A stretch of DNA of 64,000 bases from an uncultured Christensenella sp. GTDB taxonomy: Bacteria; Bacillota; Clostridia; Christensenellales; CAG-138. Position 1 is the first letter of the stretch; each line of letters starts with the position of its first letter. The translations under genes were made by a program, and so were the position numbers. Where the stretch lies: assembly GCA_964426415.1 (NCBI GenBank), contig CAYRQM010000001.1, forward strand, positions 2,803 through 66,802. Reading direction: 5' to 3'. This document shows positions 1 through 11,307 of this stretch, in pieces. The notes below the pieces were generated by a model that worked only from the letters and a program-made list of their open reading frames with translations, ran no database searches and was not told the origin of the DNA.

Positions 1-425
1 ACTTTGCAAAAGCAAACGTAAAGCCCATGCGTTACCTCAGAGAGTTCAAGCTTGACGACGTCGCATCGTACGAAGTCGGTCAAATGCTCAAGGCGGACGT
101 CTTTGCCGAAGGCGACAAGATCGACGTGCAGTCCAAGAGCAAGGGCAAGGGCTTTGCAGGCGCCATCAAGCGTTGGAATCAGGCGCGCGGTCGCAAGACC
201 CACGGTTCGCATTCCTATCGCGTTCCCGGCTCCATGGGTGCTTGCACCTATCCCGGCGAAGTCTTCAAGACCAAGCATTTGCCCGGTCACATGGGCAGCG
301 AGATCGTGACCATCCAGAATCTGGAAGTCGTTAAGGTCGACGCAGCACGCAACCTGCTCCTCATCAAGGGTGCGGTTCCCGGCGCAAAAGGCACCGTGGT
401 CGCGCTGAAGAGCACAGTAAAGTAA
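1..425 (+). CDS. rplC: 50S ribosomal protein uL3, C-terminal part (5' end upstream of window)
   Basis: The frame is open to the window edge. [13 protein letters not shown] and HLPGHMG are uL3-like, and the gene sits first in the rplC-rplD-rplW-rplB order. Confidence 0.9.
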   Translation, partial: FAKANVKPMRYLREFKLDDVASYEVGQMLKADVFAEGDKIDVQSKSKGKGFAGAIKRWNQARGRKTHGSHSYRVPGSMGACTYPGEVFKTKHLPGHMGSEIVTIQNLEVVKVDAARNLLLIKGAVPGAKGTVVALKSTVK

Positions 426-438
426 GGAGGAAAGAGAT

Positions 439-1059
439 ATGCCGAACGTAGCATTGTATGATATCAAGGGCCAAAATATTGGCGAGATCTCCCTCTCCGA
501 CACCATCTTCGGTCAGCCCGTCAACGCGGCGGTTTTGCACGAAGTCGTCGTCGCCCATCTGGCAAACTGCCGTCAGGGCACGCAGAGCGCTTTGACCCGT
601 GCGGAAGTCCGCGGCGGCGGCAAGAAGCCCTGGAGACAAAAGGGCACAGGCCGCGCACGTCAGGGTTCCACCCGTTCTCCGCAATGGAAGCACGGCGGCG
701 TCGTATTTGCGCCGAAACCCCGCGACTATTCGATCCGCGTGAACAAGAAGGTCAAGAGAGTTGCCATGAAGTCCGCGCTGTCCTCGAAGGTCGAAGGCAA
801 CGAGCTGCTCGTTTTCGACGCGCTCAACATCGAAGCGCCGAAGACAAAGGAAATGGTGAAGGTTCTGAACGCAGTTGACGTCAAGAAGGCGCTGATCGTT
901 CTTGCCGACAAGGATGAGACCGTAGAACGCGCCGCGTCCAACATTCCGGGCGTCAAGACCACGCTGGTGGGCACCTTGAGCGTTTACGAGATCCTCAAGT
1001 ACGACAAACTGATCCTCACGAAGGCATCGGTTGAAAAAATCCAGGAGGTGTACGCCTAA
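439..1059 (+). CDS. rplD: 50S ribosomal protein uL4
   Basis: 206 aa with a [19 protein letters not shown] motif. GGAGG SD lies upstream. Confidence 0.96.
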   Translation: MPNVALYDIKGQNIGEISLSDTIFGQPVNAAVLHEVVVAHLANCRQGTQSALTRAEVRGGGKKPWRQKGTGRARQGSTRSPQWKHGGVVFAPKPRDYSIRVNKKVKRVAMKSALSSKVEGNELLVFDALNIEAPKTKEMVKVLNAVDVKKALIVLADKDETVERAASNIPGVKTTLVGTLSVYEILKYDKLILTKASVEKIQEVYA

Positions 1060-1355
1060 TGAAGAGCGGATACGACATCATTAAGGCTCCGATCCTCACG
1101 GAAAAGAGCTACGACTACATCGCAAGTCGCGTCTACACATTCAAGGTAGCAAAGACAGCGAACAAGGTCGAAATCGCCAAGGCAGTCGAAGAACTGTTCG
1201 GCGTCAAGGTTCAGAGCGTGCATACCGTGAACAAACTCGGTAAGATCAAGCGCCAGGGCCGTTACGAAGGCAGAACCGCTTCCGAAAAGAAAGCGTATGT
1301 CAAGCTGACTGCCGACTCCAAGGGCATCGAGCTCTTCGACGGCATCGCGCAGTAA
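1059..1355 (+). CDS. rplW: 50S ribosomal protein uL23
   Basis: 98 aa, uL23-like (ILTEKS...FKV). The start overlaps the rplD stop. Confidence 0.95.
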   Translation: MKSGYDIIKAPILTEKSYDYIASRVYTFKVAKTANKVEIAKAVEELFGVKVQSVHTVNKLGKIKRQGRYEGRTASEKKAYVKLTADSKGIELFDGIAQ

Positions 1356-1366
1356 GGAGGCAGCAC

Positions 1367-2203
1367 ATGGCTATTCGCAAGTTGAATCCGAAAACTCCCG
1401 GTACGAGACACATGTCCGTCTCCACCTACGAGGAAATCACCAAGACGACGCCCGAAAAGGCGCTCACAGAAGATCTGAAGAGCAAAGCGGGCCGTAACGT
1501 CACCGGTAAGATCACCGTCCGTCACCAAGGCGGCGGCGCAAAGCGCAAGTACCGCGTGATCGACTTCAAGCGCAACAAGGACGGCATCCCCGCCACTGTC
1601 AACGCCATCGAGTACGATCCGAACCGTTCCGCCAACATCGCATTGCTGTATTACGCGGACGGCGAGAAGCGCTACATCATCGCACCGTACGGCTTGACCG
1701 TGGGCGAGACCGTCGTTTCCGGCAAGGACGCCGACATCAAGGTCGGCAATGCACTGGAGCTCCAGTACATCCCCGTCGGCACGATGATCCACTGCATCGA
1801 GCTGAAGCCCGGCAAGGGCGCGCAGTTGGTTCGCTCCGCAGGCAATGCGGCGCAGCTGATGGCGAAAGAGGGCAGATATGCGCAAGTACGTCTTCCCAGC
1901 GGCGAAGTGCGTTTGGTTCTGATCAATGCAAAGGCGACGATCGGTCAGGTCGGCAACCTCGATTATCAGAACATCCAAATCGGCAAAGCGGGCCGCAAGC
2001 GGCACATGGGCGTTCGTCCCAGCGTGCGCGGTTCCGTCATGAACCCGAACGACCATCCCCACGGTGGTGGTGAAGGCAAGGCGCCGATCGGACATCCCGG
2101 CCCGGTTACCCCTTGGGGCAAGCCTGCGTTGGGATATAAGACCCGCAAGAAGAAGAACAAGAGCAACAAGTACATCGTTCGCCGCAGAACGAGTGGCAAG
2201 TAA
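1367..2203 (+). CDS. rplB: 50S ribosomal protein uL2
   Basis: 278 aa with [14 protein letters not shown], the uL2 signature. SD present. Confidence 0.97.
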   Translation: MAIRKLNPKTPGTRHMSVSTYEEITKTTPEKALTEDLKSKAGRNVTGKITVRHQGGGAKRKYRVIDFKRNKDGIPATVNAIEYDPNRSANIALLYYADGEKRYIIAPYGLTVGETVVSGKDADIKVGNALELQYIPVGTMIHCIELKPGKGAQLVRSAGNAAQLMAKEGRYAQVRLPSGEVRLVLINAKATIGQVGNLDYQNIQIGKAGRKRHMGVRPSVRGSVMNPNDHPHGGGEGKAPIGHPGPVTPWGKPALGYKTRKKKNKSNKYIVRRRTSGK

Positions 2204-2217
2204 TAGGAGGAGAAATC

Positions 2218-2499
2218 ATGAGCAGATCAGTTAAAAAGGGTCCGTTTATCGAAGAGCGCTTGTACGCACGCATTCAGAACATGAATGAGAGCGGCAAGAA
2301 GACCGTCGTAAAGACCTGGTCCCGTGCCTCCACGATCTTCCCCGAGTTCGTCGGTCACACCATTGCAGTACACGACGGCAGAAAGCACGTTCCCGTGTAC
2401 GTAACGGATGAGATGGTTGGACATAAGCTGGGCGAGTTCGCGCCCACCCGTACCTTCAGAGGCCATCGCGGCTCCGAGAAGTCTTCGGGCGCAAAGTAA
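2218..2499 (+). CDS. rpsS: 30S ribosomal protein uS19
   Basis: 93 aa, [10 protein letters not shown]...[12 protein letters not shown]. Confidence 0.97.
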   Translation: MSRSVKKGPFIEERLYARIQNMNESGKKTVVKTWSRASTIFPEFVGHTIAVHDGRKHVPVYVTDEMVGHKLGEFAPTRTFRGHRGSEKSSGAK

Positions 2500-2511
2500 G
2501 GAGGAGCAAGT

Positions 2512-2898
2512 ATGGCAACGAGAAGTAAAGAAAAAACGGCATATCGCCGCGAGCACGCTGACAAGCGTCCTCACGCCACCGCCCGTTACATCCGGATTTC
2601 CAGCCGCAAGGTCAAAATCGTCATCGATCTGATCCGTGGCAAGAGCGTCAAAGAGGCAGCCGGCATCTTGGCATACACGCCGAAAGCCGCAAGCGAGCCT
2701 GTCCTGAAGGTTCTCAACTCCGCAATTGCGAACGCAGAGAACAACTTGGACATGAACCGCGACGACCTCTATGTCGCAGAAGTATTTGCAAACCAGGGAC
2801 CGACGCTTCGCCGCTTCCGTCCCAGAGCGCGTGGCTCCGCGTCCCCCATTCGCAAGCGCACCAGCCACATCACCATCATCTTGGATCAGGTCAAGTAA
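2512..2898 (+). CDS. rplV: 50S ribosomal protein uL22
   Basis: 128 aa, uL22-like ([17 protein letters not shown]). Confidence 0.95.
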   Translation: MATRSKEKTAYRREHADKRPHATARYIRISSRKVKIVIDLIRGKSVKEAAGILAYTPKAASEPVLKVLNSAIANAENNLDMNRDDLYVAEVFANQGPTLRRFRPRARGSASPIRKRTSHITIILDQVK

Positions 2899-2909
2899 GG
2901 AGGAGAGTT

Positions 2910-3569
2910 ATGGGTCAGAAAGTTAATCCGAACGGATTCCGCGTTGGCGTGATCAGAGATTGGAACACACATTGGTATGCAGCCAAGAAGGATTACGCAG
3001 ATTTGCTGGTCGAAGATCGCAAGATCCGTGACTTCGTCAAGAAGAAGTACTATCAGGCAAGCATCTCCCGCATCGCCATCGATCGCGCCACCGACAAGGT
3101 GAGCGTCACCATCTTCACCGCACGTCCCGGTATGCTCATCGGCAAGGGCGGCGCAGGCATCGAAGAGATCAAGGCGGCCATCGCAAAAGAGATTGGCAAG
3201 CCGGTTGCGGTCAACATCATGGAGATCCGCGACGCCGATTCCGATGCACAGCTCGTCGCAGAGAACATCGCGGCACAGCTCGAAAAGCGCATCAGCTATC
3301 GTCGTGCCATGAAGCAAGCTATGCAGCGCGCCATGCAAAAGCCGGGCGTGAAGGGCATCAAGCTCATGTGCGGCGGTCGTTTGGGCGGCGCAGAAATCGC
3401 CAGAACGGAAGGCTACCACGACGGTTCCATCCCGCTGCAGACGATGCGCGCAGACATCCAGTACGGTTTCGCGGAAGCGCACACCCAGTATGGCCGCATC
3501 GGTTGCAAGGTGTGGATCTACAAGGGCGAGGTTCTCAAGAGAGCCAAGCGTACGGAAGGAGGCAAATAA
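2910..3569 (+). CDS. rpsC: 30S ribosomal protein uS3
   Basis: 219 aa, [13 protein letters not shown] with a KH-domain GKGGAGIE. Confidence 0.97.
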   Translation: MGQKVNPNGFRVGVIRDWNTHWYAAKKDYADLLVEDRKIRDFVKKKYYQASISRIAIDRATDKVSVTIFTARPGMLIGKGGAGIEEIKAAIAKEIGKPVAVNIMEIRDADSDAQLVAENIAAQLEKRISYRRAMKQAMQRAMQKPGVKGIKLMCGGRLGGAEIARTEGYHDGSIPLQTMRADIQYGFAEAHTQYGRIGCKVWIYKGEVLKRAKRTEGGK

Positions 3570-3570
3570 C

Positions 3571-3996
3571 ATGTTAATGCCGAAGAGAGTCAAGCGCCGC
3601 AGAGTGTTCCGCGGTCGCATGAAGGGCACCGCACACCGCGGCAACACCATCACGTATGGTGATTACGGTTTGGTCGCAATGGAACCCGCATGGGTCACCA
3701 GCCAGCAGATCGAAGCAGCGCGTGTTGCCATGACCCGTTATATCAAGCGTGGCGGTCAGGTCTGGATCAAGATCTTCCCTGACAAGCCGGTCACCGAGAA
3801 GCCCGCTGAGACCCGCATGGGTTCCGGCAAAGGTTCCCCCGAGTACTGGGTGTCCGTCGTGAAGCCGGGCAGAGTCATGTTTGAAATCGCAGGCGTCGAG
3901 GATAACGAGGCGCGTGAGGCACTTCGTCTGGCAATGTATAAGCTGCCGATGAAGAGCAAGGTCGTCAAGAAGGAAACCGAAGAGAAAGGAGAATGA
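3571..3996 (+). CDS. rplP: 50S ribosomal protein uL16
   Basis: I moved the start to ATG 3571 ([11 protein letters not shown]) behind GGAGG. The longer ORF-track start at 3490 overlaps rpsC. Confidence 0.95.
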   Translation: MLMPKRVKRRRVFRGRMKGTAHRGNTITYGDYGLVAMEPAWVTSQQIEAARVAMTRYIKRGGQVWIKIFPDKPVTEKPAETRMGSGKGSPEYWVSVVKPGRVMFEIAGVEDNEAREALRLAMYKLPMKSKVVKKETEEKGE

Positions 3997-3998
3997 CC

Positions 3999-4202
3999 AT
4001 GCAAGCTGATAAGTTAAGAGCCATGTCTGAAGAAGATCTGCTCAAGCAGGAAAAGGAACTGAAAGCCGAATTGTTCAATCTTCGCTTCCAATCCGTCACC
4101 GGCCAGATCGCGAACCCTTCCCGCATCAACGCATGCAAGAAGGACATTGCACGAATCAAGACCGTTTTGCGCGCACGCGAACTCGGTCAAGAAGCCGAAT
4201 AA
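3999..4202 (+). CDS. rpmC: 50S ribosomal protein uL29
   Basis: uL29-like (EEDLLKQEKELKAELFNLRFQ). ATG 3999 is 7 nt after AAGGAG, whereas ATG 3993 is only 1 nt after it. Confidence 0.9.
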   Translation: MQADKLRAMSEEDLLKQEKELKAELFNLRFQSVTGQIANPSRINACKKDIARIKTVLRARELGQEAE

Positions 4203-4215
4203 GGAGGAATAGGCA

Positions 4216-4473
4216 ATGGAACAAAGAGGTTTTCGTAAGACCCGCGTTGGCGTAGTTGTCAGCGATAAGATGGACAAGACGATTGTTGTCGCCATCAAGA
4301 CCAAGGTTCGCCATCCCCTTTACGGCAAGATGGTCAACCGCACCCGCAAGTTCAAGGCACACGATGAAGAGAACGCATGCGGCATCGGCGACACCGTAAG
4401 AATCGTAGAAACACGCCCGATTTCCAAGGACAAGAGATGGCGTCTGGAAGAAATCATCGAAAAGGCGAAGTGA
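4216..4473 (+). CDS. rpsQ: 30S ribosomal protein uS17
   Basis: 85 aa, uS17-like ([14 protein letters not shown]...HDE). Confidence 0.96.
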   Translation: MEQRGFRKTRVGVVVSDKMDKTIVVAIKTKVRHPLYGKMVNRTRKFKAHDEENACGIGDTVRIVETRPISKDKRWRLEEIIEKAK

Positions 4474-4486
4474 GGAGGAAATAACA

Positions 4487-4855
4487 ATGATTCAACCTCA
4501 GACCAGATTAAAGGTAGCGGACAACAGCGGCGCCAAGGAAATCATGTGCATTCGTGTACTGGGTGGCTCCGCCGTCAAGTCTGCAGGCATCGGCGACGTC
4601 ATCGTGGCAGCGGTCAAGACCGCAACGCCCGGCGGCGCAGTCAAGAAGAAGGACGTTGTCAAGGCGGTCGTCGTTCGCACCGTTTCCGCTACGTCCCGTG
4701 TGGATGGCAGCCACATTCGTTTCGACGACAACGCGGCAGTCATCATCAACGACCAAAAACAGCCGGTCGGCACCCGTATCTTTGGGCCGGTTGCGCGTGA
4801 GCTGCGTGAGAAGGATTATATGAAGATCGTTTCTCTCGCGCCCGAAGTACTGTAA
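4487..4855 (+). CDS. rplN: 50S ribosomal protein uL14
   Basis: 122 aa, [17 protein letters not shown]. Confidence 0.97.
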   Translation: MIQPQTRLKVADNSGAKEIMCIRVLGGSAVKSAGIGDVIVAAVKTATPGGAVKKKDVVKAVVVRTVSATSRVDGSHIRFDDNAAVIINDQKQPVGTRIFGPVARELREKDYMKIVSLAPEVL

Positions 4856-4867
4856 GGAGGATCCAAC

Positions 4868-5185
4868 ATGAGCAAGCTGAATGTGAAAAAGGGCGACACC
4901 GTCGTTGTGATCTCCGGGCAGGACAAAGGTAAGAAGGGTGAAATCCTGTTCGCACGTCCCACGGAAAACCGCGTTGCGGTCAAGGGCGCCAATATGGTCA
5001 CCAAGCATGTGAAGCCCCGTAAGCAGGGCGAAGCAGGCGGCAGGATCGAGCAGGAAGGTACCATGGACGCGTCCAACGTGATGCTCGTTTGCCCCAAGTG
5101 CGGCAAAGCGACCCGCATCGCGCACACGTTTGTCGATGGGAAGAAAGTCCGCGTTTGCAAAAAGTGCGGCAAAGTGATGGACTGA
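4868..5185 (+). CDS. rplX: 50S ribosomal protein uL24 (variant with four Cys, CPKC...CKKC)
   Basis: 105 aa with a KOW motif (KKGDTVVVISGQDKGKKG). The C-terminal CxxC-x18-CxxC is unusual for uL24. Confidence 0.95.
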   Translation: MSKLNVKKGDTVVVISGQDKGKKGEILFARPTENRVAVKGANMVTKHVKPRKQGEAGGRIEQEGTMDASNVMLVCPKCGKATRIAHTFVDGKKVRVCKKCGKVMD

Positions 5186-5203
5186 GACGGAAGGAGATAA
5201 AAA

Positions 5204-5818
5204 ATGGCAAAGAAAGAAACTGCACAGGCCGCTTCCAAGAAGAAGGCAGCAGCACAAGCAAAGCCTTTCAGCGGCGAACCCCGTCTGAAGACCAAGTATA
5301 AAGAAGAAGTCGTTGCGGCTCTGAACGAAAAGTTCCACTATGCGAATGTGATGCAGATCCCCAAGCTGGATAAGATCATCATCAACATGGGGTTGGGTTC
5401 CGAGAAGGAAAACCCGAAGGGCATCGAAAAGGCTGTCGAAGAGCTTTCGACCATCGCCGGTCAAAAGGCGGTCGTGACGCAAGCCAAGAAGTCTGTCGCA
5501 AACTTCAAAGTCCGTGAAGGCATGAACATCGGCGCAAAGGTTACCCTGCGCGGCGATCGGATGTATTACTTCGCCGACAAACTGATGAACATCATCATGC
5601 CCCGCGTCCGCGACTTCCGCGGCGTGTCCAACAAGTCCTTTGACGGCCGCGGCAACTATGCCATGGGCGTGAAGGAACAGCTGATTTTCCCGGAAATCAA
5701 CTATGACGACGTGGACAAAATCCGCGGCATGAACATCGTGTTCGTCACCAGCGCGAAATCCGACGAAGAAGCACGCGAGCTGCTTGCTCTCCTCGGAATG
5801 CCCTTTGTGCAGGACTAA
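5204..5818 (+). CDS. rplE: 50S ribosomal protein uL5 with a roughly 25-aa Lys/Ala-rich N-terminal extension
   Basis: 204 aa. The uL5 core starts near [11 protein letters not shown] strong SD (GGAGA) sits before ATG 5204 and there is no alternative start. Confidence 0.95.
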   Translation: MAKKETAQAASKKKAAAQAKPFSGEPRLKTKYKEEVVAALNEKFHYANVMQIPKLDKIIINMGLGSEKENPKGIEKAVEELSTIAGQKAVVTQAKKSVANFKVREGMNIGAKVTLRGDRMYYFADKLMNIIMPRVRDFRGVSNKSFDGRGNYAMGVKEQLIFPEINYDDVDKIRGMNIVFVTSAKSDEEARELLALLGMPFVQD

Positions 5819-5833
5819 GAAGGAGGAACGACT

Positions 5834-6019
5834 ATGGCAAAGTTATCGATGAAGTTGAAGCAGGCAAGAGAGCCCAAGTACTCGACCCGTGCTTACACCC
5901 GCTGCCGTATCTGCGGTCGTCCGCATGCGGTTCTCCGCAAGTATGGCATCTGCCGCGTTTGCTTCCGCGAAGAAGCATACAAGGGCAACATCCCCGGCGT
6001 GCGCAAGGCAAGCTGGTAA
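5834..6019 (+). CDS. rpsZ: 30S ribosomal protein uS14, zinc-binding type Z
   Basis: 61 aa with [20 protein letters not shown]. Confidence 0.96.
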   Translation: MAKLSMKLKQAREPKYSTRAYTRCRICGRPHAVLRKYGICRVCFREEAYKGNIPGVRKASW

Positions 6020-6035
6020 TCAGGAGGATAGAATC

Positions 6036-6428
6036 ATGACAGATACGATTGCAGATATGCTCACCAGAATCCGCAACGCACTGATCGCAAAGCATGAGAC
6101 GGTCGACGTCCCCGCTTCCTCGATCAAGAAGGCGATTGCAGAGATCCTCTTGGAGGAAGGTTACATCAAGGGATACGAAGTCGTCGAAGACGGCATTTCC
6201 AAGATGATCCGCATCCAGCTCAAGTACGGCGCCAACAAGCAGCGCGTCATCGTCGGCATCAAGCGCATTTCCCGTCCGGGCCTGCGCGTGTATGCACGCA
6301 AGGACGAAATCCCGAAGGTCTTGGGTGGCCTTGGGATTGCGATCCTGTCCACCTCTCGCGGCGTTATGACCGACCGCGAAGCGAGAAAGCTCGGCGTTGG
6401 CGGCGAAGTGCTGGCATACGTCTGGTAA
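6036..6428 (+). CDS. rpsH: 30S ribosomal protein uS8
   Basis: Start at ATG 6036 ([15 protein letters not shown]) after AGGAGG. The ORF-track start at 5889 overlaps rpsZ. Confidence 0.96.
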   Translation: MTDTIADMLTRIRNALIAKHETVDVPASSIKKAIAEILLEEGYIKGYEVVEDGISKMIRIQLKYGANKQRVIVGIKRISRPGLRVYARKDEIPKVLGGLGIAILSTSRGVMTDREARKLGVGGEVLAYVW

Positions 6429-6447
6429 TAACAGGAGGAAGTAATTC

Positions 6448-6987
6448 ATGTCTCGAATCGGAAAACTTCCTGTGCATTTCGGCGCAGGAGTGACAATCAC
6501 GGTCGACGAACAGAACGTCGTGACCGTGAAGGGCCCCAAGGGCGAGCTGACGCAGCGCGTATCGTCCGAGATGGCCATTGAACAGGACAACGGCGTATTG
6601 ACCGTCAAGCGCCCCAGCGACGATAAGAAGCATCGCGCATTGCACGGTCTGACCAGAACGCTCATCAACAACATGGTCGTCGGCGTGACCACCGGATTCG
6701 AAAAGAAGCTGGAAATCGTCGGCACCGGTTACAGGGTGCAGCTGGATGGCAAGGATCTCGTTTTGAACGTAGGCTACTCCCATCCGGTCAGATTTGCAAA
6801 GATGGACGGTATCGACTTCGAAGTTCCCGCACCGACGAAGATTACGGTCAAGGGAATCGACAAGCAGCAGGTTGGCCAGATTGCGGCAGACATTCGCAAG
6901 ACGCGGGCACCGGAACCCTACAAGGGCAAGGGCATCCGTTACGAGGGCGAAGTGGTACGTCACAAAGAAGGCAAGACAGGCAAGTAA
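6448..6987 (+). CDS. rplF: 50S ribosomal protein uL6
   Basis: 179 aa, MSRIGKLPV. Confidence 0.96.
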   Translation: MSRIGKLPVHFGAGVTITVDEQNVVTVKGPKGELTQRVSSEMAIEQDNGVLTVKRPSDDKKHRALHGLTRTLINNMVVGVTTGFEKKLEIVGTGYRVQLDGKDLVLNVGYSHPVRFAKMDGIDFEVPAPTKITVKGIDKQQVGQIAADIRKTRAPEPYKGKGIRYEGEVVRHKEGKTGK

Positions 6988-7008
6988 GGTAGAAAGGAGT
7001 AACATAGA

Positions 7009-7377
7009 ATGTTTTCTAAGATCGATAAAAATGCTGTGCGTAAGGCACGTCATCATCGTCAGCGCAGATTCATGAATGGAACGAGCGAGCGTCCGAGACT
7101 GAACGTCTATCGCAGCACGAACCACATCTATGCGCAGATCATTGACGATATCACCGGCAACACTCTGGTTGCTGCTTCTACTCTGGATGCAGAAATCAAG
7201 AACGAGCTTTCGGACAAGACCAAGACCGAGGCCGGCAAGCTCGTCGGCAAGCTCGTCGGAACTCGCGCTCTCGAGAAGGGCGTCAAGAAGGTCGTTTTCG
7301 ATCGCGGCGGTTACCTGTACACGGGTCGTGTCAAAGCGGTAGCCGAGGGCGCAAGAGAAGCCGGCTTGGACTTCTAA
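7009..7377 (+). CDS. rplR: 50S ribosomal protein uL18
   Basis: 122 aa, uL18-like ([17 protein letters not shown]). Confidence 0.95.
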   Translation: MFSKIDKNAVRKARHHRQRRFMNGTSERPRLNVYRSTNHIYAQIIDDITGNTLVAASTLDAEIKNELSDKTKTEAGKLVGKLVGTRALEKGVKKVVFDRGGYLYTGRVKAVAEGAREAGLDF

Positions 7378-7389
7378 GGAGGAAACGAA

Positions 7390-7905
7390 ATGAGAAACGA
7401 CAGAGATAGACGATTCGAGAAGGAAGTTCCCGAATTCAAGGAAAGACTCGTATCCATCAATCGTGTTGCGAAGGTCGTCAAGGGCGGCAAGAACTTCCGC
7501 TTCACCGCGCTCATGGTCGTGGGCAACGAGAAGGGCAAAGTTGGCTGCGGTCTGGGCAAGGCAGTCGAGATTCCCGAAGCGGTTCGCAAGGGCGTCGAGG
7601 ATGCAAAGCGGCACATGATCGATGTTTCCATCGTCGGCACCACGATTCCGCATCAGGTAGAAGGTCGGTTTGGCAAGGGTCACGTTCGGATGCTTCCCGC
7701 TGAGGAAGGTACCGGCGTCATCGCGGGCGGTCCCGTCCGTGCAGTCTTGGAGATGGCGGGCATCAAGGACATCCGCACCAAGTCTTATGGCTCCAACAAC
7801 CCCGGCAACTGCGTCAAGGCAACTTTGGATGGGCTTCAGCAGCTTCGCACGGCAGAGCAGATCGCTTCGCTGCGCGGCAAGACTGTTGACGAGATCCTGA
7901 ACTGA
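7390..7905 (+). CDS. rpsE: 30S ribosomal protein uS5
   Basis: 171 aa, uS5-like ([14 protein letters not shown]). Confidence 0.96.
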   Translation: MRNDRDRRFEKEVPEFKERLVSINRVAKVVKGGKNFRFTALMVVGNEKGKVGCGLGKAVEIPEAVRKGVEDAKRHMIDVSIVGTTIPHQVEGRFGKGHVRMLPAEEGTGVIAGGPVRAVLEMAGIKDIRTKSYGSNNPGNCVKATLDGLQQLRTAEQIASLRGKTVDEILN

Positions 7906-7919
7906 GGAGGGCGAACAGT

Positions 7920-8093
7920 ATGGTAAAGGTTACATTGGTCAAAAGCCCCATCAGCAGCCTGCGCGATCAGCAGGACACCGTGAAGGCACTGGGTCTCCAC
8001 AAGGTCGGTCAGACCGTCGTGAAGCCCGACAACGCTTGCATTCGCGGTCAGATCTTCAAGGTCAAGCACCTTGTTAAGGTCGAAGAAGAGTAA
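7920..8093 (+). CDS. rpmD: 50S ribosomal protein uL30
   Basis: 57-aa ORF below the ORF-track cutoff ([26 protein letters not shown]...). It has a GGAGGG SD and sits between rpsE and rplO. Confidence 0.9.
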   Translation: MVKVTLVKSPISSLRDQQDTVKALGLHKVGQTVVKPDNACIRGQIFKVKHLVKVEEE

Positions 8094-8107
8094 GGAGGGT
8101 CAACGAT

Positions 8108-8548
8108 ATGAAGATCCATGAATTGAGACCGGCAGACGGTGCAGTCAAGACCCCCAAGCGGGTTGGTCGCGGCGTAGGTTCCGGTATCGGCAAGACTTCT
8201 GCAAAGGGCCACAAGGGTCAAAAGGCCCGCAGCGGCAGCAAGAAGAACGGTTTTGAAGGCGGCCAGATGCCTCTGGCGCGTCGTCTTCCTAAGCGCGGCT
8301 TCTTCAACCATTTTGCAAAAGAATACACCATCATCAACATTTCCGACCTGAATGGGTTGGAGGACGGCACAGAGGTCTCTGTTGCGCAGCTCAAGGAATT
8401 GGGTTTGATCAGCAAGATCGAAAAGGACGGTCTGAAAGTTCTGGGCAATGGCGAGCTCACGAAGAAGCTCACCGTTAAGGCTGCAAAGTTCTCGAAATCC
8501 GCTGAGGAAGCCATCCGGAACGCAGGCGGAATCGTTGAGGTGGTCTAA
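8108..8548 (+). CDS. rplO: 50S ribosomal protein uL15
   Basis: 146 aa with [27 protein letters not shown]. Confidence 0.96.
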   Translation: MKIHELRPADGAVKTPKRVGRGVGSGIGKTSAKGHKGQKARSGSKKNGFEGGQMPLARRLPKRGFFNHFAKEYTIINISDLNGLEDGTEVSVAQLKELGLISKIEKDGLKVLGNGELTKKLTVKAAKFSKSAEEAIRNAGGIVEVV

Positions 8549-9927
8549 TGTTTAGCACCTTCATCAACGCATTCAAGGTCAAGGACATTCGTAAGAAGAT
8601 TCTCTATACGCTTCTTCTGATCGTTGTCTACCGCCTTGGCAGCGCGATCCCGATTCCGGGCGTCAACTTGGGCGCTTGGACGGAAGCGCTGGGACAGATG
8701 TCCACGATGACGTCGTTCATGAACATGATGAGCGGCACCGCGTTCTCCCAGTTCTCCATCTTTGCAATGGGTATCTCCCCGTACATCACAGCTTCCATTA
8801 TCATGCAGCTGTTGACGATTGCGATTCCCGCTTTGGAAAAGATGAGCAAAGAGGACGACGGCCGTGAAAAGATCGAACGCATCACCCGCTACGCCGGCGT
8901 AGGCTTGGCAGTGGTGCAGTCCATCGGCATCGTGCTTTCCTACGGCACGGTCGGCACCACGCAGATCGTATCCGGCACCGGCGGCGTACTGGTCGGCAAG
9001 ATCGCAATCATTGCGGTTTGTGCAGCGGCAGGTACTGCGTTCCTGATGTGGCTGGGCGAGCGCATCACCGATAAGGGCATCGGCAACGGCATTTCCATGC
9101 TGATCTTTGCCTCCATCGTGTCCCGCGTTCCTTCCTTCATCCAGACGCGCTTCGAAGCGCTGGTTGACGGCACCGATCCCGTGGTTTCCCGTATCCTCGT
9201 GTTTGTGGCAACCATCGTCACCATCGTTGCGCTGATCGCCTTCGTCGTTTACATCGACAAGGCAGTCCGCAAGATTCCGGTGCAGTATGCAAAGCGCGTC
9301 GTCGGCAGAAAGATGTATGGCGGACAAAGCACGCATCTGCCCATGAAAGCGAATGCCAACGGCGTTTTGCCGCTGATCTTCGCCATGACGATCCTGCAGT
9401 TCCCCAGCATGATCATGCAGTTCCTCAAGTCGAACAACGGCTTTGTTCTGTTCTGGAACAGATGGATGTCCTCCGCGCCCACCGTGTGGACGGGTACGGC
9501 GTCCGTTGAGACCAGCGTGATTGCGAAAGCGAACGTCGCCTATGCGGGCATCCAGTATGCACCGTTCGTGTACTACATCATCTACTTCTTGCTCATCGTG
9601 GCATTTGGCTACTTCTACACCTCGATCACGTTCAATCCTGCCGAGATGTCGAAGAACCTGCAGAGCAACGGCGGCTTCATTCCGGGCATTCGTCCGGGCA
9701 AGCCGACGGGCGAATACCTTGGCAAGATCTCCAATCGTTTGACGCTGTTTGGTTCCTTGTTCTTGGCGGTCATCGCCATCGTCCCGACCATCATCCTCAA
9801 TATGTTGGGCGTCACCGATATGTTCGGCGCAACCAGCATCCTGATCATGGTCAGCGTCGCGCTGGAGACCACCGAGCAACTCGAATCCCAGCTGCTGATG
9901 CGGCACTACAAGGGATTCCTGAACTAA
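8548..9927 (+). CDS. secY: preprotein translocase subunit SecY
   Basis: 459 aa, multi-TM, with canonical SecY motifs (IPIPGVN, GISPYITASIIMQLL). It lies after rplO. Confidence 0.95.
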   Translation: MFSTFINAFKVKDIRKKILYTLLLIVVYRLGSAIPIPGVNLGAWTEALGQMSTMTSFMNMMSGTAFSQFSIFAMGISPYITASIIMQLLTIAIPALEKMSKEDDGREKIERITRYAGVGLAVVQSIGIVLSYGTVGTTQIVSGTGGVLVGKIAIIAVCAAAGTAFLMWLGERITDKGIGNGISMLIFASIVSRVPSFIQTRFEALVDGTDPVVSRILVFVATIVTIVALIAFVVYIDKAVRKIPVQYAKRVVGRKMYGGQSTHLPMKANANGVLPLIFAMTILQFPSMIMQFLKSNNGFVLFWNRWMSSAPTVWTGTASVETSVIAKANVAYAGIQYAPFVYYIIYFLLIVAFGYFYTSITFNPAEMSKNLQSNGGFIPGIRPGKPTGEYLGKISNRLTLFGSLFLAVIAIVPTIILNMLGVTDMFGATSILIMVSVALETTEQLESQLLMRHYKGFLN

Positions 9928-9931
9928 CGGC

Positions 9932-10552
9932 ATGAAGCTGATTTTCCTGGGCCCGCCGGGTGCGGGCAAAGGCACACAGGCAGAGCGCATTGCGGCTCGC
10001 TGTCAAGTGGCGCACATCTCCACGGGAGATATGCTCCGCAGCGAGATTCGCAATGCCACTCCGCTGGGTACGGAAGCGAAGGCGTACATGGATCGCGGCG
10101 AGCTGGTACCGGACGACGTGATCGTCGGCATGGTCAAGCAGCGGATTCAAGCGCCCGACTGCAAGAACGGATTCTTGCTGGACGGCTTTCCGCGGACGGT
10201 CGCACAGGCACAGGCACTGGCGGCATGCACCGAGATTGACCATGTGGTCAACATCGACGTCCCGTTCTCTCGTTTGGTCGCCCGCATCAGCGGACGCAGA
10301 ATGTGCCCCGCTTGCGGCGCAGCGTATCATGTGTCATCGCACACGGATCCGACGTGCCCAAAGTGCGGCGCAACGCTGTATCAGCGCGACGACGACCGCG
10401 AAGCGACAGTACAAAACCGTTTGCGTGTCTACGAGCAAAAGACGGCGCCGCTGATTGCGTTCTATCAAGAGCGCGGCAAGCTGTTCACCGTCAATGGCGA
10501 TGCAGACATCGACACGGTGGCGGAAAGCATTGAAAAGGGGCTTGACGCATGA
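9932..10552 (+). CDS. adk: adenylate kinase (zinc-lid type)
   Basis: GPPGAGKGTQ P-loop and a CPACG...CPKCG lid. Confidence 0.95.
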   Translation: MKLIFLGPPGAGKGTQAERIAARCQVAHISTGDMLRSEIRNATPLGTEAKAYMDRGELVPDDVIVGMVKQRIQAPDCKNGFLLDGFPRTVAQAQALAACTEIDHVVNIDVPFSRLVARISGRRMCPACGAAYHVSSHTDPTCPKCGATLYQRDDDREATVQNRLRVYEQKTAPLIAFYQERGKLFTVNGDADIDTVAESIEKGLDA

Positions 10553-11307
10553 TTACCATCAAATCGGCGCAGGACATTGCAAAGATGCAGGCGGCAGGCA
10601 AAGTCGTCGAGGATACCCTTCTCCTTTTGGAGCGCTCCGTGCGCGTGGGCATCACCACCGCCGAGCTGGACAGGATCGCGGATACCTACATCCGTTCACA
10701 GGGTGCGTATCCGACGTTTCTGCAATACAGCGGCTATCCCAAGAGCATCTGCATTTCCGTCAACGATGAAGTGGTGCATGGCATTCCCGGCAGCCGCAAG
10801 CTGAAGGATGGCGACATCTGCAGCTGCGACGTCGGGGCGACGCTCAACGGCTTTGTGGGCGACGCGGCGCGCACGTTCCTGATTGGGACGGTGGCGCCCG
10901 AAACGCAAGCGCTGGTCAGCGTCACAAAGGAGTGCTTCTTTGAAGGACTGCGGTTTTGCCGAGTGGGGTATCGCATCTCGGACATTTCCAAGGCGATTCA
11001 AAAGCACGCCGAAGCCCATGGCTACGGCATCGTGCGTGAATTGGTCGGGCACGGCGTCGGACACGTTCTGCATGAAGATCCCGAAGTTCCCAACTACTAC
11101 TCCCCGCGTTCCAGACAACGCTTAGAAGCGGGCATGACCATCGCCATTGAGCCGATGATCAATCTGGGCACGGCAAAGGTGTGGCAGCTGGAAGACGGAT
11201 GGACGGTGACGACACAGGACGGCAAGCCGTCTGCGCACTACGAGAACTCTGTGGCGATCACGGAAGGCGATCCGATCCTCTTGACCTGTTCGGAGGAGTA
11301 CCGATGA
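10549..11307 (+). CDS. map: type I methionine aminopeptidase
   Basis: 252 aa, MetAP-like (CHGIP, DxGA, HGVGH, EPM). ATGA overlap with adk. Confidence 0.94.
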   Translation: MITIKSAQDIAKMQAAGKVVEDTLLLLERSVRVGITTAELDRIADTYIRSQGAYPTFLQYSGYPKSICISVNDEVVHGIPGSRKLKDGDICSCDVGATLNGFVGDAARTFLIGTVAPETQALVSVTKECFFEGLRFCRVGYRISDISKAIQKHAEAHGYGIVRELVGHGVGHVLHEDPEVPNYYSPRSRQRLEAGMTIAIEPMINLGTAKVWQLEDGWTVTTQDGKPSAHYENSVAITEGDPILLTCSEEYR

